From Gammaproteobacteria bacterium (GTDB lineage: Bacteria; Pseudomonadota; Gammaproteobacteria; Steroidobacterales; UBA11654): 64,000 nucleotides of DNA. How positions within the stretch are numbered: position 1 is the stretch's first letter; each line of letters begins with the position of its first letter. The notes beneath the pieces were generated by a model, which ran no database searches, was not told the origin of the DNA, and saw nothing but the letters and a program-made list of their open reading frames with translations. The stretch spans positions 21,496 through 85,495 of the forward strand of contig PBDY01000008.1 of the NCBI GenBank assembly GCA_002717445.1. The letters run 5' to 3'. Of the stretch, positions 47,600 through 57,137 are shown piece by piece. A program made the position numbers and the translations under genes.

Positions 47600-49567
47600 T
47601 TAGAGCAACTCATTGACGGCTCTGTCCGCTTGTACGATGGCAGCATCTACATAGGCAGAGCCGCCAGCATCCGAATTTGCAATGGATATGTTTCCGAAAG
47701 GTTTTCTGCCCATCACGTGAGGGTATCTCTCATCATCCATGCTGTCGGGCATTCGTCCCCCAAAATAAGCGTTATCGAATAAGCTGTTGTATTCATATGA
47801 ATAGCCATGTGCCCAACGATTCACAGTAATTCCTGCTACATTCTCTTCCTTAAAGTCTGAGCCGAACATGCCTTTTAATTGATCAAATAATTTATCTTCA
47901 TAATCTTGGTAGCTCAGCTTCAAGATATCGTATCGGCCCTTTTTGTGTTGCTCTCTATTGGTTAATCCTTCATAAGGCCTCGTTGGAACGTGGTTCATCA
48001 TAAATACAACGGGGTCGTCAAAAGACTGGGGGTACTGATAATCACCAATGCTGACTGGGAAATCAACATACATATTATTATAAAATGAGTTGGGACAAAT
48101 TGCTCTAGAAACCCCATTTCTTGCAAACATATGCCAATTTTTCATAGCCACCTGTACCCAAACCAGCGGCACTTTAACGTTGTGTTTTAAAGCCTCTTTT
48201 TGCTTCTCAGGTAATTCAGGACAAAGGTCAGGAATGATGCCGTTGTAACAGGCTAAGATGCATTTTTTTCCAATGACTTTATATAACTGACCTTGATTGC
48301 TATAAATGACTTCTACTCCAGCATTTTTATTCTTTACAGATATAACAGTGCTATTGAGTCGAATATTTACATTTTGACCGAGTAAATCTAATTGAGAATA
48401 ATCGGCTTTCGCAGTCACAATATCTTCCATGGTATTTCCAGGTATGGCATTTGGAATCATTTTTCTCACAAGCATTCTTGCAATTGTTGCATTGCCGTCT
48501 GGGAAATGAAAAATATATGGCTCTTCTGAGGTTTCGTTCTTACCCATGTATTCTTCAATGGTTTCTTCATAAGCAGGAAGATCATACATTTCGTTCTCAG
48601 ACTCTACAGAATCGTCTTCTTGCTGAGTAAAGCCAAGACCAGCAAAGCCTGGTAACCCGTCAGAAAAGCACCCAAAAGCCGGTATGGATTCGGTTCCAAC
48701 ACCCCACAGTGCCCAAATCATTCTGTGAAAAAGCCCAATAGTCTCATCGCCAACGTTATGAAACTTCCTCAAGTAATCCTCGTAACTGATATTTTCTAGA
48801 TAATAATATTTTTCTTCTAGAGTCATCTCCGGTAAGAAATCAGTTTTATCTAAAAACAGTTTTTTGAATTCTTTCTTTGTTTGATCTGATACTGGCATCT
48901 CTGCTACAACTTTTTCAATATTCTCAGGCCTAGTATTTACCTTATAGGCGATGTCATACCTATAACTCGGCACATTTTGAACAATCTTGTCTTGGCCATA
49001 TGTTTTCTTATCAAAATAAAATGATGATTTGAGATTTCTTTCCTTGAAATAGTCAAAATCATAGGCGCTGTAAAACTTTTGAACATCAATACCAAGATCG
49101 ACTATCAACTTTTTTGATACCTCTTGATAATAACCGGGAGATTCCATCGATTGACTCCCGCCATAAGCAAGCATTAATCTTCCATTCACCTGGAACTCAT
49201 TTCGTTTTGCATGGCCCCCAAAATCATCGTGATTATCGAGAATAAGAATCTTTTGATTAGTGTTTGTTCGTTCTTTATAAAAGTGTGATGCTGACAAACC
49301 AGAAATGCCTGCTCCCACAACTATCAAATCATTTGACTCACCTAAATCAATGACATCATTGGGAAACCCTCCTCCGCCTAATGCAAGCCTATGCGCATGA
49401 TCAAAAGAACCGGGATGATTTCCCCTGATGCCAGTCAGCGCTGGTGGGTATTGAGTGGGATTAAGGCCTTTTGCTTTCAAAAAATCAATGGGTGCAGCCG
49501 AAGCTGCCAAACCATAACTGACCCCATTGATGAAATCTCTTCTGGTGATTGATGATTTTTTCTTCAT
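47600..49567 (-). CDS. Tat-signal FAD-dependent amine oxidoreductase, spermidine dehydrogenase (SpdH)-like
   Basis: 655 aa with the twin-arginine motif TRRDFINGV and dinucleotide fold VVGAGISGL. The blocks YPPALTGIRGNHPGSF, NHDDFGGHAKRNEF, EPYIFHFPDGNA, GITVNRWAHGYSY and IANSDA match my memory of P. aeruginosa SpdH. The polyamine gene context supports the call. Confidence 0.6.
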   Translation of the reverse strand: MKKKSSITRRDFINGVSYGLAASAAPIDFLKAKGLNPTQYPPALTGIRGNHPGSFDHAHRLALGGGGFPNDVIDLGESNDLIVVGAGISGLSASHFYKERTNTNQKILILDNHDDFGGHAKRNEFQVNGRLMLAYGGSQSMESPGYYQEVSKKLIVDLGIDVQKFYSAYDFDYFKERNLKSSFYFDKKTYGQDKIVQNVPSYRYDIAYKVNTRPENIEKVVAEMPVSDQTKKEFKKLFLDKTDFLPEMTLEEKYYYLENISYEDYLRKFHNVGDETIGLFHRMIWALWGVGTESIPAFGCFSDGLPGFAGLGFTQQEDDSVESENEMYDLPAYEETIEEYMGKNETSEEPYIFHFPDGNATIARMLVRKMIPNAIPGNTMEDIVTAKADYSQLDLLGQNVNIRLNSTVISVKNKNAGVEVIYSNQGQLYKVIGKKCILACYNGIIPDLCPELPEKQKEALKHNVKVPLVWVQVAMKNWHMFARNGVSRAICPNSFYNNMYVDFPVSIGDYQYPQSFDDPVVFMMNHVPTRPYEGLTNREQHKKGRYDILKLSYQDYEDKLFDQLKGMFGSDFKEENVAGITVNRWAHGYSYEYNSLFDNAYFGGRMPDSMDDERYPHVMGRKPFGNISIANSDAGGSAYVDAAIVQADRAVNELL

Positions 49568-49572
49568 ATATT

Positions 49573-51264
49573 TTAGTTTATTCGAAAAACCGTTTCGCCC
49601 TCAAGCAGTGTTTGAGTAACTTTTACTTCGCCGATGTTCTCATGAGGTACTTCATATAGATTTTCTTCAAGAATAATGAGGTCCGCATATTTGCCCATTT
49701 CAATGCTTCCTGTTAGATGATCTTGATGCATCAAGTGAGCGGCATTGATTGTATAAGCTTTGATCATTTCTGTGAGTTCCATTTGTTCGCTCTCATTAAG
49801 GGTTCCTTTAATTCGATCCGTCGGGTCTTGCCTGGTAAGCGCGGTTTCAATCGCGACCAATGGATTCATTGTTGTCACGGCCCAGTCGCTTCCACCAACA
49901 ATGGTTCCTCCTGCATCATGTACGCTTCTGATGGGATACATGCGATTGACTCTCTCTATTCCGAGCTCTGGAATATTAATTTCAGTAATCCATTCATCTG
50001 GCAATGCCCATGTGGCTTGAAAATTTGCTGATACCTTCAGTTCAGAAAATCTTGGTATGTCCTCTTTATGAATCAATTGAAGGTGGGAAATATGATGTCT
50101 ATTGTCATTCATGCCATTGGTATTAATAGCATATTCATATGCATCAAGTCCCGATCTCACTGCTCTATCACCAATCGCATGAGTCATCACTTGAATGTGG
50201 TCAGCGTCAAATCGTGCAATCGCTTTGTTCAACTCTTCTTGGCTAAAATACAACTGCCCATATGAACCTGAGTCAAGATAAGGCTCAAGTATTGCGCCCG
50301 TTTGCCCTTCAAGCACTCCATCAATAAATATTTTTACGCAATTGGGATTGATCCTTTCGTGCTCAAACATTGATCTTCTTTTATAAAGATCCTCAAAACC
50401 ACTAAATTCTTGAACATAATGCTCTCTCCCATATTCAATGCATCCAATGATTCTAAGATTGAGTTCATCTCTTTCTGCCAGATGGTTGAAGCTTTCTAGG
50501 TATTTTTCATTCACTGCTGTATCAATCATGGAAGTAATGCCGTAGCTATTGGCAAGACCTTGAGCATACCTAAGCCCATTTCGATGAAGCTCATCACTCT
50601 CTTTTGGTGCCACATTGACAACAAGATTCATGGCTGATGGCTCTCTCAAGGTACCGCTGGGCTCACCAGTGATTGGGTCTCTTTCAATAATGCCTTTATC
50701 TGGATTTGGTGTTTGCTTGGTAATATTTGCCAATTCAAGTGCTTTTGAGTTAACCAATGCATTGTGTCCATCTGATATCTCAATATATATTGGTATCTCT
50801 TTACTGACTTCATCAAATAGATTCTTTCTGGGGTTGGCTGCCGGAAATAGCGCAGCATTTAGGCCTGCTCCGATCACCCAGCCTGTAGATTTAGCATAAT
50901 CGCCCTCCAGGCATGATCTAATTTTATCCTGTATTTGTTCTAAGTCCATGAGACCAAATACTTCGCATTGATATTGATCCATTCCATTCCATATGGGATG
51001 TGCATGCGCATCATGGAAAGCAGGCATCAGCATCTTGCCTTCAAGATCTATTATCTCTGTACCGTCATCAGCACTTTTAAGAATATCCTCTTGTTTTCCA
51101 ACCTTCTGAATATATCCGTCTCTGATAAAAATAGCTTCGACAACGCTTAACTCTTGATCGAATGTATGGATGTTGCCGTTGATAAAGATCTTATTATTTT
51201 CCCCTGAGGCATCCCAACAAAAAAGAATGATTAAGACTCCGAGGATGAAGCGGTGTTTATTCAA
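49573..51264 (-). CDS. Amidohydrolase-family protein (YtcJ/Amidohydro_3-like), secreted
   Basis: 563 aa with a signal peptide, metal motif HDAHAHP and a C-terminal GSDW...block typical of the large amidohydrolase_3 group. Substrate unknown. Confidence 0.7.
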   Translation of the reverse strand: MNKHRFILGVLIILFCWDASGENNKIFINGNIHTFDQELSVVEAIFIRDGYIQKVGKQEDILKSADDGTEIIDLEGKMLMPAFHDAHAHPIWNGMDQYQCEVFGLMDLEQIQDKIRSCLEGDYAKSTGWVIGAGLNAALFPAANPRKNLFDEVSKEIPIYIEISDGHNALVNSKALELANITKQTPNPDKGIIERDPITGEPSGTLREPSAMNLVVNVAPKESDELHRNGLRYAQGLANSYGITSMIDTAVNEKYLESFNHLAERDELNLRIIGCIEYGREHYVQEFSGFEDLYKRRSMFEHERINPNCVKIFIDGVLEGQTGAILEPYLDSGSYGQLYFSQEELNKAIARFDADHIQVMTHAIGDRAVRSGLDAYEYAINTNGMNDNRHHISHLQLIHKEDIPRFSELKVSANFQATWALPDEWITEINIPELGIERVNRMYPIRSVHDAGGTIVGGSDWAVTTMNPLVAIETALTRQDPTDRIKGTLNESEQMELTEMIKAYTINAAHLMHQDHLTGSIEMGKYADLIILEENLYEVPHENIGEVKVTQTLLEGETVFRIN

Positions 51265-51267
51265 TGC

Positions 51268-52353
51268 TTATTTCCCTGTTTTAATATTAATCCATTGCCT
51301 TGTCATCGTTCGATCTACGCGTGGGTTCGCAATCTCTGCAATGAAGAGTTTATTCAGTGTCTGTTGACCAGGATAGATTGCTCTATTATTCAGGATATCT
51401 TGCGAAATGAATTTTTTAGACTTTGGAATTGCATTTGGAAATTTGACTTTATTTGAGATCGTAGCCATGACCTCTGGCTGAAGTATAAAATCAAGAAACA
51501 AGTGTGCATTCTGAGCGTTTGGTGCATCTTTTGGTATAGACATCATGTCTACCCACATCTGAGCCCCCTCTTGTGGAATCTCGTATTCAATAATTACATC
51601 ATTCTTAACTTCTCTTGCTCTATCGCCAGCTTGCAAAATATCTCCGCTCCAACCAAATACAAGACATATCTCACCATTGGCAAGGTCATTTATATATTTT
51701 GAAGAGTGAAAATATCTAATGAATGGCCTGATGCTTTTTAGAAGCTCATAAGCCTCACCTCTGTAATCTGATGGATCTTTTGTATTGGGATCTTTTCCGA
51801 TATAAAAAAGTGCTGCCTTAAATACCTCGCTTGGGGCATCGAGGAAAGCGATACCGCATTGTTCAAAATTCTTTATCAGCTCGGGTTTAAATAAAATATC
51901 AAAAGTATTCATCTTGAAACCCATGCCCATGATTTCATCTATGGCTGCACGATTGTATCCAATGCCTGTGGTTCCCCATAAGTATGGAATGGCAAATCTA
52001 TTCTCTGGATCCATCGTGCTTAACTTCTCCATCATTGCAGAATCCAAATTATCAAAATTAGGTATTGCAGTTTTATCCAACTCAAGGTGTATGTTCGCTA
52101 TGATCTGTCTGCCAAGATATTCAATGCTTGGTGAAACGATGTCGTACCCCGTTGACCCAGCAAGCAACTTTCCCTCAAGCACCTCATTGCTGTCGAAAAC
52201 ATCGTAGATGACTTTAATCCCTGTTGACTCCTCAAATTGATCGATGACGGATTGATCGATGTAATCGGACCAGTTGTAGACTCTTACCTCTTCAGCGTTT
52301 ACTGAAAAGGTTAGAAAAAAGCATGCCGCGATCATTGTTCGAGTTTTCTTCAT
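51268..52353 (-). CDS. potF: Putrescine/spermidine ABC-type periplasmic binding protein
   Basis: VRVYNWSDYIDQSVIDQFEESTGIKVIYDVFDSNEVLEGKLLAGSTGYDIVSPS is near-collinear with E. coli PotF. Start set at ATG 52353 (MKKTRTMIAACFF...), giving an ATGA overlap with the upstream gene's stop. The track ORF extends to 52404. Confidence 0.8.
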   Translation of the reverse strand: MKKTRTMIAACFFLTFSVNAEEVRVYNWSDYIDQSVIDQFEESTGIKVIYDVFDSNEVLEGKLLAGSTGYDIVSPSIEYLGRQIIANIHLELDKTAIPNFDNLDSAMMEKLSTMDPENRFAIPYLWGTTGIGYNRAAIDEIMGMGFKMNTFDILFKPELIKNFEQCGIAFLDAPSEVFKAALFYIGKDPNTKDPSDYRGEAYELLKSIRPFIRYFHSSKYINDLANGEICLVFGWSGDILQAGDRAREVKNDVIIEYEIPQEGAQMWVDMMSIPKDAPNAQNAHLFLDFILQPEVMATISNKVKFPNAIPKSKKFISQDILNNRAIYPGQQTLNKLFIAEIANPRVDRTMTRQWINIKTGK

Positions 52354-53636
52354 AACCGATCTCGAAGAGCGTAATAAAGCATGCCAAGATAAAATCCAGG
52401 CCACCGTAATAGAGTTCCGCCTGGAAAAGTCGGGATTTTAATCTTGGAGAAAATATCAAGGTTAGACACTGTGCCATCAATTGCTTCGGCAAGTACAGTG
52501 CCTGCAAGGCTTGCCATTGCTACCCCATGGCCTGAATATCCATGAGCAAAATATACATTGGTGTGCAGTCTGCCAACATGCGGCATTCGATTCACCGTCA
52601 CCCCAAGTCGCCCGCCCCAAGCATAATCAATCGTTTTATCATGCAGATGCGGGTAAACATCTAACATTGTTTTTCTTACATATGATTTCAAATCCTTTGG
52701 AAAGTTTCTTGCGTAGTTCTCTCCTCCACCAAACAAGAGCCTATTGTCTTGAGATATACGAAAATAGTGCACGTGAAACTTATTGTCATGTACACAAACA
52801 TCGTCCCTATTTATATACTGGACTTCCTCTTGGCTCATTGGCTCAGTGGCAAGAATAAAATTATTGATTGGCATTATTTTAACGGCCAACTTTCTTTCTA
52901 GGTTATCCAGATATCCATTGCAAGCGAGAACAACATGGTCGGCTTTGATCTCACCATGGTTGGTCTTAACAACGCAAGGGGAGCCGTTTGAATATGATGT
53001 TACTCTAGAATTTTCATAAATTTTGACGCCGGAGTCCTCTGCTGCCTCAGCAAGCCCAAGTGCATAATTGAGCGGATGAAGATGCGCTCCACCCATGTCC
53101 AGAGATCCGCCTCCATCAAAAAATGGGCTATGAAACATTTCTCTCACTTCTTCAGGGTTCATGTAACGAATCAAATCATAGCCATAATCTGCGTTTAGTT
53201 TTTCTACATATTCTTTATGATGATGATCATCATCCCTGTCATTGGAAACGTTTGCATTGCCGGCCTTCAAGTCGCAGTCAATTTCATGTTTTTCAATTCT
53301 AGTCTTTACGATCCTTTTTCCATATTCTGAGAGCTGCCAAAGCTCATTGGCCAGTGACTTACCGTAATCTTTTTCCAATTCATCAATCTTTTTGTTATGG
53401 CCACTTCCAACCTGTCCTCCGTTTCGTCCTGAGCCCCCCCATGCCAATTTATTTGCTTCCAAAATCGTGACATCGTAACCTCTTTCAGAAAGATTGAGTG
53501 CGGTTAAAAGACCGGTGTAGCCTGCGCCTATGACACATATATCTGTGGCATGTGAACCACTTAATGATGGTCTTTTTTTGAGGTTATTTGCGGTGTGGTA
53601 GTAGTAAGAGTCGGGATAATCTATGGATTCTTTCAT
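52350..53636 (-). CDS. puuB: FAD-dependent oxidoreductase, gamma-glutamylputrescine oxidase-like
   Basis: 428 aa DAO-family protein (ICVIGAGYTGLLTAL, C-terminal HGYSGHGV). Assignment rests mostly on its context between puuA/puuD-like and potF genes. Confidence 0.65.
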   Translation of the reverse strand: MKESIDYPDSYYYHTANNLKKRPSLSGSHATDICVIGAGYTGLLTALNLSERGYDVTILEANKLAWGGSGRNGGQVGSGHNKKIDELEKDYGKSLANELWQLSEYGKRIVKTRIEKHEIDCDLKAGNANVSNDRDDDHHHKEYVEKLNADYGYDLIRYMNPEEVREMFHSPFFDGGGSLDMGGAHLHPLNYALGLAEAAEDSGVKIYENSRVTSYSNGSPCVVKTNHGEIKADHVVLACNGYLDNLERKLAVKIMPINNFILATEPMSQEEVQYINRDDVCVHDNKFHVHYFRISQDNRLLFGGGENYARNFPKDLKSYVRKTMLDVYPHLHDKTIDYAWGGRLGVTVNRMPHVGRLHTNVYFAHGYSGHGVAMASLAGTVLAEAIDGTVSNLDIFSKIKIPTFPGGTLLRWPGFYLGMLYYALRDRL

Positions 53637-53645
53637 GTCAGTAAA

Positions 53646-55010
53646 CTATAGCTTTTGGATAGCTTCTTCTGTCTCATCCAGAGTAGTTCTTGCTTTATCT
53701 ACAAGCTCATCAATTTGCTCATGATTGATCACCAAAGGTGGTGCAATGATCATGCTGTCGCCAACGGCCCTCATGACCAAACCGTTTTTTATAGAGATAT
53801 CTCTGCACAAGGAGCCCGTATTGAAATCACTGGGGAATCTGGATCGCTTTACCTTATCGTTAGTAAGCTCTATTGCCCCCATTAATCCTTTTATCCTAGC
53901 TTCTCCAACTATCGGATGATCTCCTAACGATAACCATTTATCCTTTAAATATGGTGCAATTGAGTGCTTTACGCTGTCCAAGATATTTTCTTTTTTAATC
54001 AGTTCAATATTCTTGAGGGCCACAGCACAGGCTGCTGGATGACCTGAATAAGTAAAGCCATGAGCAAATTCACCGCCTTCCTCAATAATGGTTCCCGCTA
54101 CGCGGTCACTGACCAGAACTCCTCCGAGTGGCAAGTATCCTGACGTGACTCCTTTGGCAAATGGAATCATGTCTGGTTTTATTTCATAGAAGGTTGACCC
54201 AAACCATTCTCCCAATCTTCCAAATCCCGTGATTACCTCATCAGCAATCAAGAGTATTCCATAGTGGTCACATATTTTCTGAATCTCTGGCCAGTAGCTA
54301 TCTGGCGGAATAATCACGCCGCCAGCACCTTGAATGGGTTCTGCAATAAATGCAGCTATATTCTCTACTCCATGTTCCTCAATTGCTCTTTCTAGATCTC
54401 TGGCAACATTTATGCCAAATTCATCAGGATCGAGATCTCCTCCCTCTCCATACCAATAAGGTTGTTTGATATGGTCGATTCCCGGAATAGGCAAGCCTCC
54501 CTGTTGATGCATTCCAGTCATTCCTCCCAAACTTGCTCCAGCTACAGTACTGCCATGATATGCATTATTTCTTCCTAGGATAATTTGTTTATTTGGATGA
54601 CCCAGTAGACTCCAGTAATATCTAACCATCCTTAAGACGGTATCATTTGATTCCGAACCAGAACCAGTAAAGAAAACATGATTTAAATGATCTGGTGCAA
54701 CTTCTCCAATGACTCTGCTGAGTTCAATCGCAGGCGGATGCGTGCATTGAAAGAAATTATTGTAGTATGGCAACTCTTTCATTTGTTCATAAGCAGCCTG
54801 AGATAGTTCGTCTCTACCGTAACCTAAGTTGACATTCCATAGGCCTGACATGCCATCTAGGATTTGGTTTCCTTCTGCATCCCAAATATAAACTCCGTCG
54901 CCTTTTGTGATGACTCGGGTGCCCTTCTCTGCCAGTTCACCATGATCTGTGAATGGATGAAGATGATGCTCGCTATCAAGCTTTTGCCAGTTTTTTAATT
55001 CTTTATGCAT
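53646..55010 (-). CDS. spuC: Class-III PLP aminotransferase (putrescine/omega-amino acid:pyruvate type)
   Basis: 454 aa with class III blocks (FFTGSGSESNDT, LLIADEVITGFGRLG, the PLP-Lys region FAKGVTSGY). Polyamine context. Confidence 0.75.
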   Translation of the reverse strand: MHKELKNWQKLDSEHHLHPFTDHGELAEKGTRVITKGDGVYIWDAEGNQILDGMSGLWNVNLGYGRDELSQAAYEQMKELPYYNNFFQCTHPPAIELSRVIGEVAPDHLNHVFFTGSGSESNDTVLRMVRYYWSLLGHPNKQIILGRNNAYHGSTVAGASLGGMTGMHQQGGLPIPGIDHIKQPYWYGEGGDLDPDEFGINVARDLERAIEEHGVENIAAFIAEPIQGAGGVIIPPDSYWPEIQKICDHYGILLIADEVITGFGRLGEWFGSTFYEIKPDMIPFAKGVTSGYLPLGGVLVSDRVAGTIIEEGGEFAHGFTYSGHPAACAVALKNIELIKKENILDSVKHSIAPYLKDKWLSLGDHPIVGEARIKGLMGAIELTNDKVKRSRFPSDFNTGSLCRDISIKNGLVMRAVGDSMIIAPPLVINHEQIDELVDKARTTLDETEEAIQKL

Positions 55011-55012
55011 AT

Positions 55013-56347
55013 TTAAACACTCAGGAGTAGGTTCTCTCTTTCCCAGGGGCTGATAACCTGAAAGTACTCATTATACTCATCCTCCTTCATTGCGACATAT
55101 ATTTGCAAGAATCTATTTCCCATCAATGCAGGCATCGACTCACTGTCTCTCAAAACATCAATAGCGGTTGAAAGATTCTTTGGCAAATTAAATTGCATAT
55201 TGGATGCATTTGAATCTTCGGGTGCAGTTGGTTGCAGTGATTTCTGAATGCCCAAGTAGCCACAAGCAAGGGAAGAGGCAATCGATAAATATGGATTTAC
55301 ATCTGCTCCACCAATTCTAAACTCAACTCTTTTATTCTCGGGTGATGAGGTCGGAACCCTCAGTCCAGTGGTTCTATTGTCATAACCCCAACAGAGATTG
55401 ATCGGTGCATTTTGGAACCGCTGAAATCTTCGGTATGAATTCACATACGGAGCATTGAATAAAATTGATTCAGAGGTGAACTGCTGCAAACCGGCTATAA
55501 AACCTTTGAATGTCTCTGTCTCTTGATTTGAGTTTGAAAATACATTTTCTCCAGACTCATTATCAACCAATGAAATATGCCAATGCATTGCACTCCCTGG
55601 TTGTTCTTCCAGAGGCTTCGCCAAAAAAGTAGCATATATGCCATGCTGCATGGCGGCTTCTCTGATGAGCCTTTTGAAAATCATCACCTGATCGCAAATC
55701 TTTAGTGGATCATCGTGCTCAAAATTGATCTCAAGTTGAGCCGTTCCCATTTCATGTTCCAAAGTGTCAATCTTGATATTCATGGCCTTTGCATAAGAGT
55801 GAATCTGATCAATGACTGGTTCAAACTCATCCAGCGCATCCAAACTGAATGGCCTTCTGACAGTTTCTTGTCGTCCTGACCGACCGATCGGGGTTTCAAG
55901 CGCTTGATTGGGGTCTGTGTTTTTTTGCACAAGATAAAATTCAAGCTCAGGTGCAACAATAGGTTTCATGCCTAAATCTTTATATAGCTGAAGTATGTTT
56001 TTTAAAACTTGCCTAGGAGAAATATCTACATTAGATCCATCTTCATAGTAACAATCGTTCACAACTGTTGCTGTGGGGTCTTTCATCCATGGCAAAATTT
56101 TTAAAGTGGTTAGATCGGGTCTGATGAGTATGTCTCTATCGGCAGGATTGATATAACCATCAGGAAGAAACTTTCCCGTCACAGATTGAGTAAACACGGA
56201 CTCTGGCAACCTGATCACCGAGCCTGAAGTAAATTTTTGAATCGGTATGAGTTTGCCCCTCGCAGTCCCTGCCATGTCAGGAACAATGGTTTCAACTTCT
56301 TGAATATTATGTTCAAACAGCCAGTCTTGTATTGCTTTATCATCCAT
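55013..56347 (-). CDS. puuA: Glutamine-synthetase-family gamma-glutamylpolyamine synthetase
   Basis: GS-type blocks (PELEFYL, HEMGTAQLEINF, GSAMHWHISL, NSYRRF). Start set at ATG 56347 (MDDKAIQDWL...), overlapping the puuD stop by 8 nt. The track ORF extends to 56467. Confidence 0.8.
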   Translation of the reverse strand: MDDKAIQDWLFEHNIQEVETIVPDMAGTARGKLIPIQKFTSGSVIRLPESVFTQSVTGKFLPDGYINPADRDILIRPDLTTLKILPWMKDPTATVVNDCYYEDGSNVDISPRQVLKNILQLYKDLGMKPIVAPELEFYLVQKNTDPNQALETPIGRSGRQETVRRPFSLDALDEFEPVIDQIHSYAKAMNIKIDTLEHEMGTAQLEINFEHDDPLKICDQVMIFKRLIREAAMQHGIYATFLAKPLEEQPGSAMHWHISLVDNESGENVFSNSNQETETFKGFIAGLQQFTSESILFNAPYVNSYRRFQRFQNAPINLCWGYDNRTTGLRVPTSSPENKRVEFRIGGADVNPYLSIASSLACGYLGIQKSLQPTAPEDSNASNMQFNLPKNLSTAIDVLRDSESMPALMGNRFLQIYVAMKEDEYNEYFQVISPWERENLLLSV

Positions 56348-57098
56348 TTTTCTTTGAGTACTCCAGACAAGATGCCCCAAATGCTTCAAATATCTTCCTC
56401 GATACAAGGCTCTTCTCTGGTTTCCATTCAGGATGCCACTGCACAGATAAGTTAAAGCCATCGGCATTTTTTACGGTGAATGCTTCAACCAGCCCATCGT
56501 GTGAAATAGCTTCAATGGTCAACCCTTCGCCGAGTTCCTTTACGCCTTGCCCATGAAGTGAATTGACTTCTGCTTCGCTTAGTTCAGTTAGGCGGTGCAA
56601 GTATCCGCCATTCTCAAAGGATACGGTGTGGCTAACATCGTATTGATCCCCAACAGATGCGTCACGATCAAAATCATGGCCTTCATAGTCAGACTCATTT
56701 TCAAGATTCTGAAATAATGTGCCTCCGAAAATGACGTTCATCTCTTGAAATCCTCTACAAATGGCCAATATGGGCATTTCCATATCGATGATCTTTTTTA
56801 CAGCATTGAAGACGTATTCATCTCGGTCGGGGTCTAACAACATGTTGAAATCTCTAATGGAGTCTTTGTAACGATCTGGGTAGACATTCGATAAACTGCC
56901 GGTGAGTAAAAACCCATCCAGGCGGTTTAAGATTGGCATCATCGATGTCAAATCATCGCTTGGAATAAGAACAGAGGTGACATTTGAGAATTCATGAATT
57001 GCTTTGATGTATTTCTCGCCCACAACGTGAAAAGGATGTCGTTCAATTTCTTTACGACAACAAACAATGCCCACAAGAGGCTTATTAGAATCAGACAT
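56340..57098 (-). CDS. puuD: Gamma-glutamyl-gamma-aminobutyrate hydrolase (class I glutamine amidotransferase, peptidase C26)
   Basis: 252 aa with the nucleophile motif ICRGFQEMNV and catalytic His/Glu motif VQWHPE. Confidence 0.8.
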   Translation of the reverse strand: MSDSNKPLVGIVCCRKEIERHPFHVVGEKYIKAIHEFSNVTSVLIPSDDLTSMMPILNRLDGFLLTGSLSNVYPDRYKDSIRDFNMLLDPDRDEYVFNAVKKIIDMEMPILAICRGFQEMNVIFGGTLFQNLENESDYEGHDFDRDASVGDQYDVSHTVSFENGGYLHRLTELSEAEVNSLHGQGVKELGEGLTIEAISHDGLVEAFTVKNADGFNLSVQWHPEWKPEKSLVSRKIFEAFGASCLEYSKKNG

Positions 57099-57119
57099 AC
57101 AGTTTTTTAGAAATAATTA

Positions 57120-57137
57120 GTACTAATTGTACTAATT
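57120..57137. repeat. Tandem direct 9-mer (GTACTAATT x2)
   Basis: Read directly from the sequence: GTACTAATT at 57120-57128 and again at 57129-57137. It lies in the 37-nt spacer between the RND pump stop and the puuD start. Confidence 0.6.

Noticed and set aside
52481-52858. Long ORFs on the strand opposite to well-supported genes, for example 52481-52858, 58454-58834, 44767-45102, 9501-9833, 133-405 and 62677-62931.
   Set aside because: Each lies fully inside a gene with clear family motifs on the other strand. Their translations are low-complexity or Ser/Leu/Pro-rich without motifs or ribosome-binding sites. They are typical shadow ORFs.
56348-56467. N-terminal extensions of the puuA-like (to 56467), potF-like (to 52404), MFP (to 61475) and yggX (to 63678) ORFs.
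   Set aside because: Internal ATGs give family-typical N-termini or signal peptides. They also give classic 4- or 8-nt stop/start overlaps, or short spacers, with the upstream gene. The extensions run into the upstream coding sequence.
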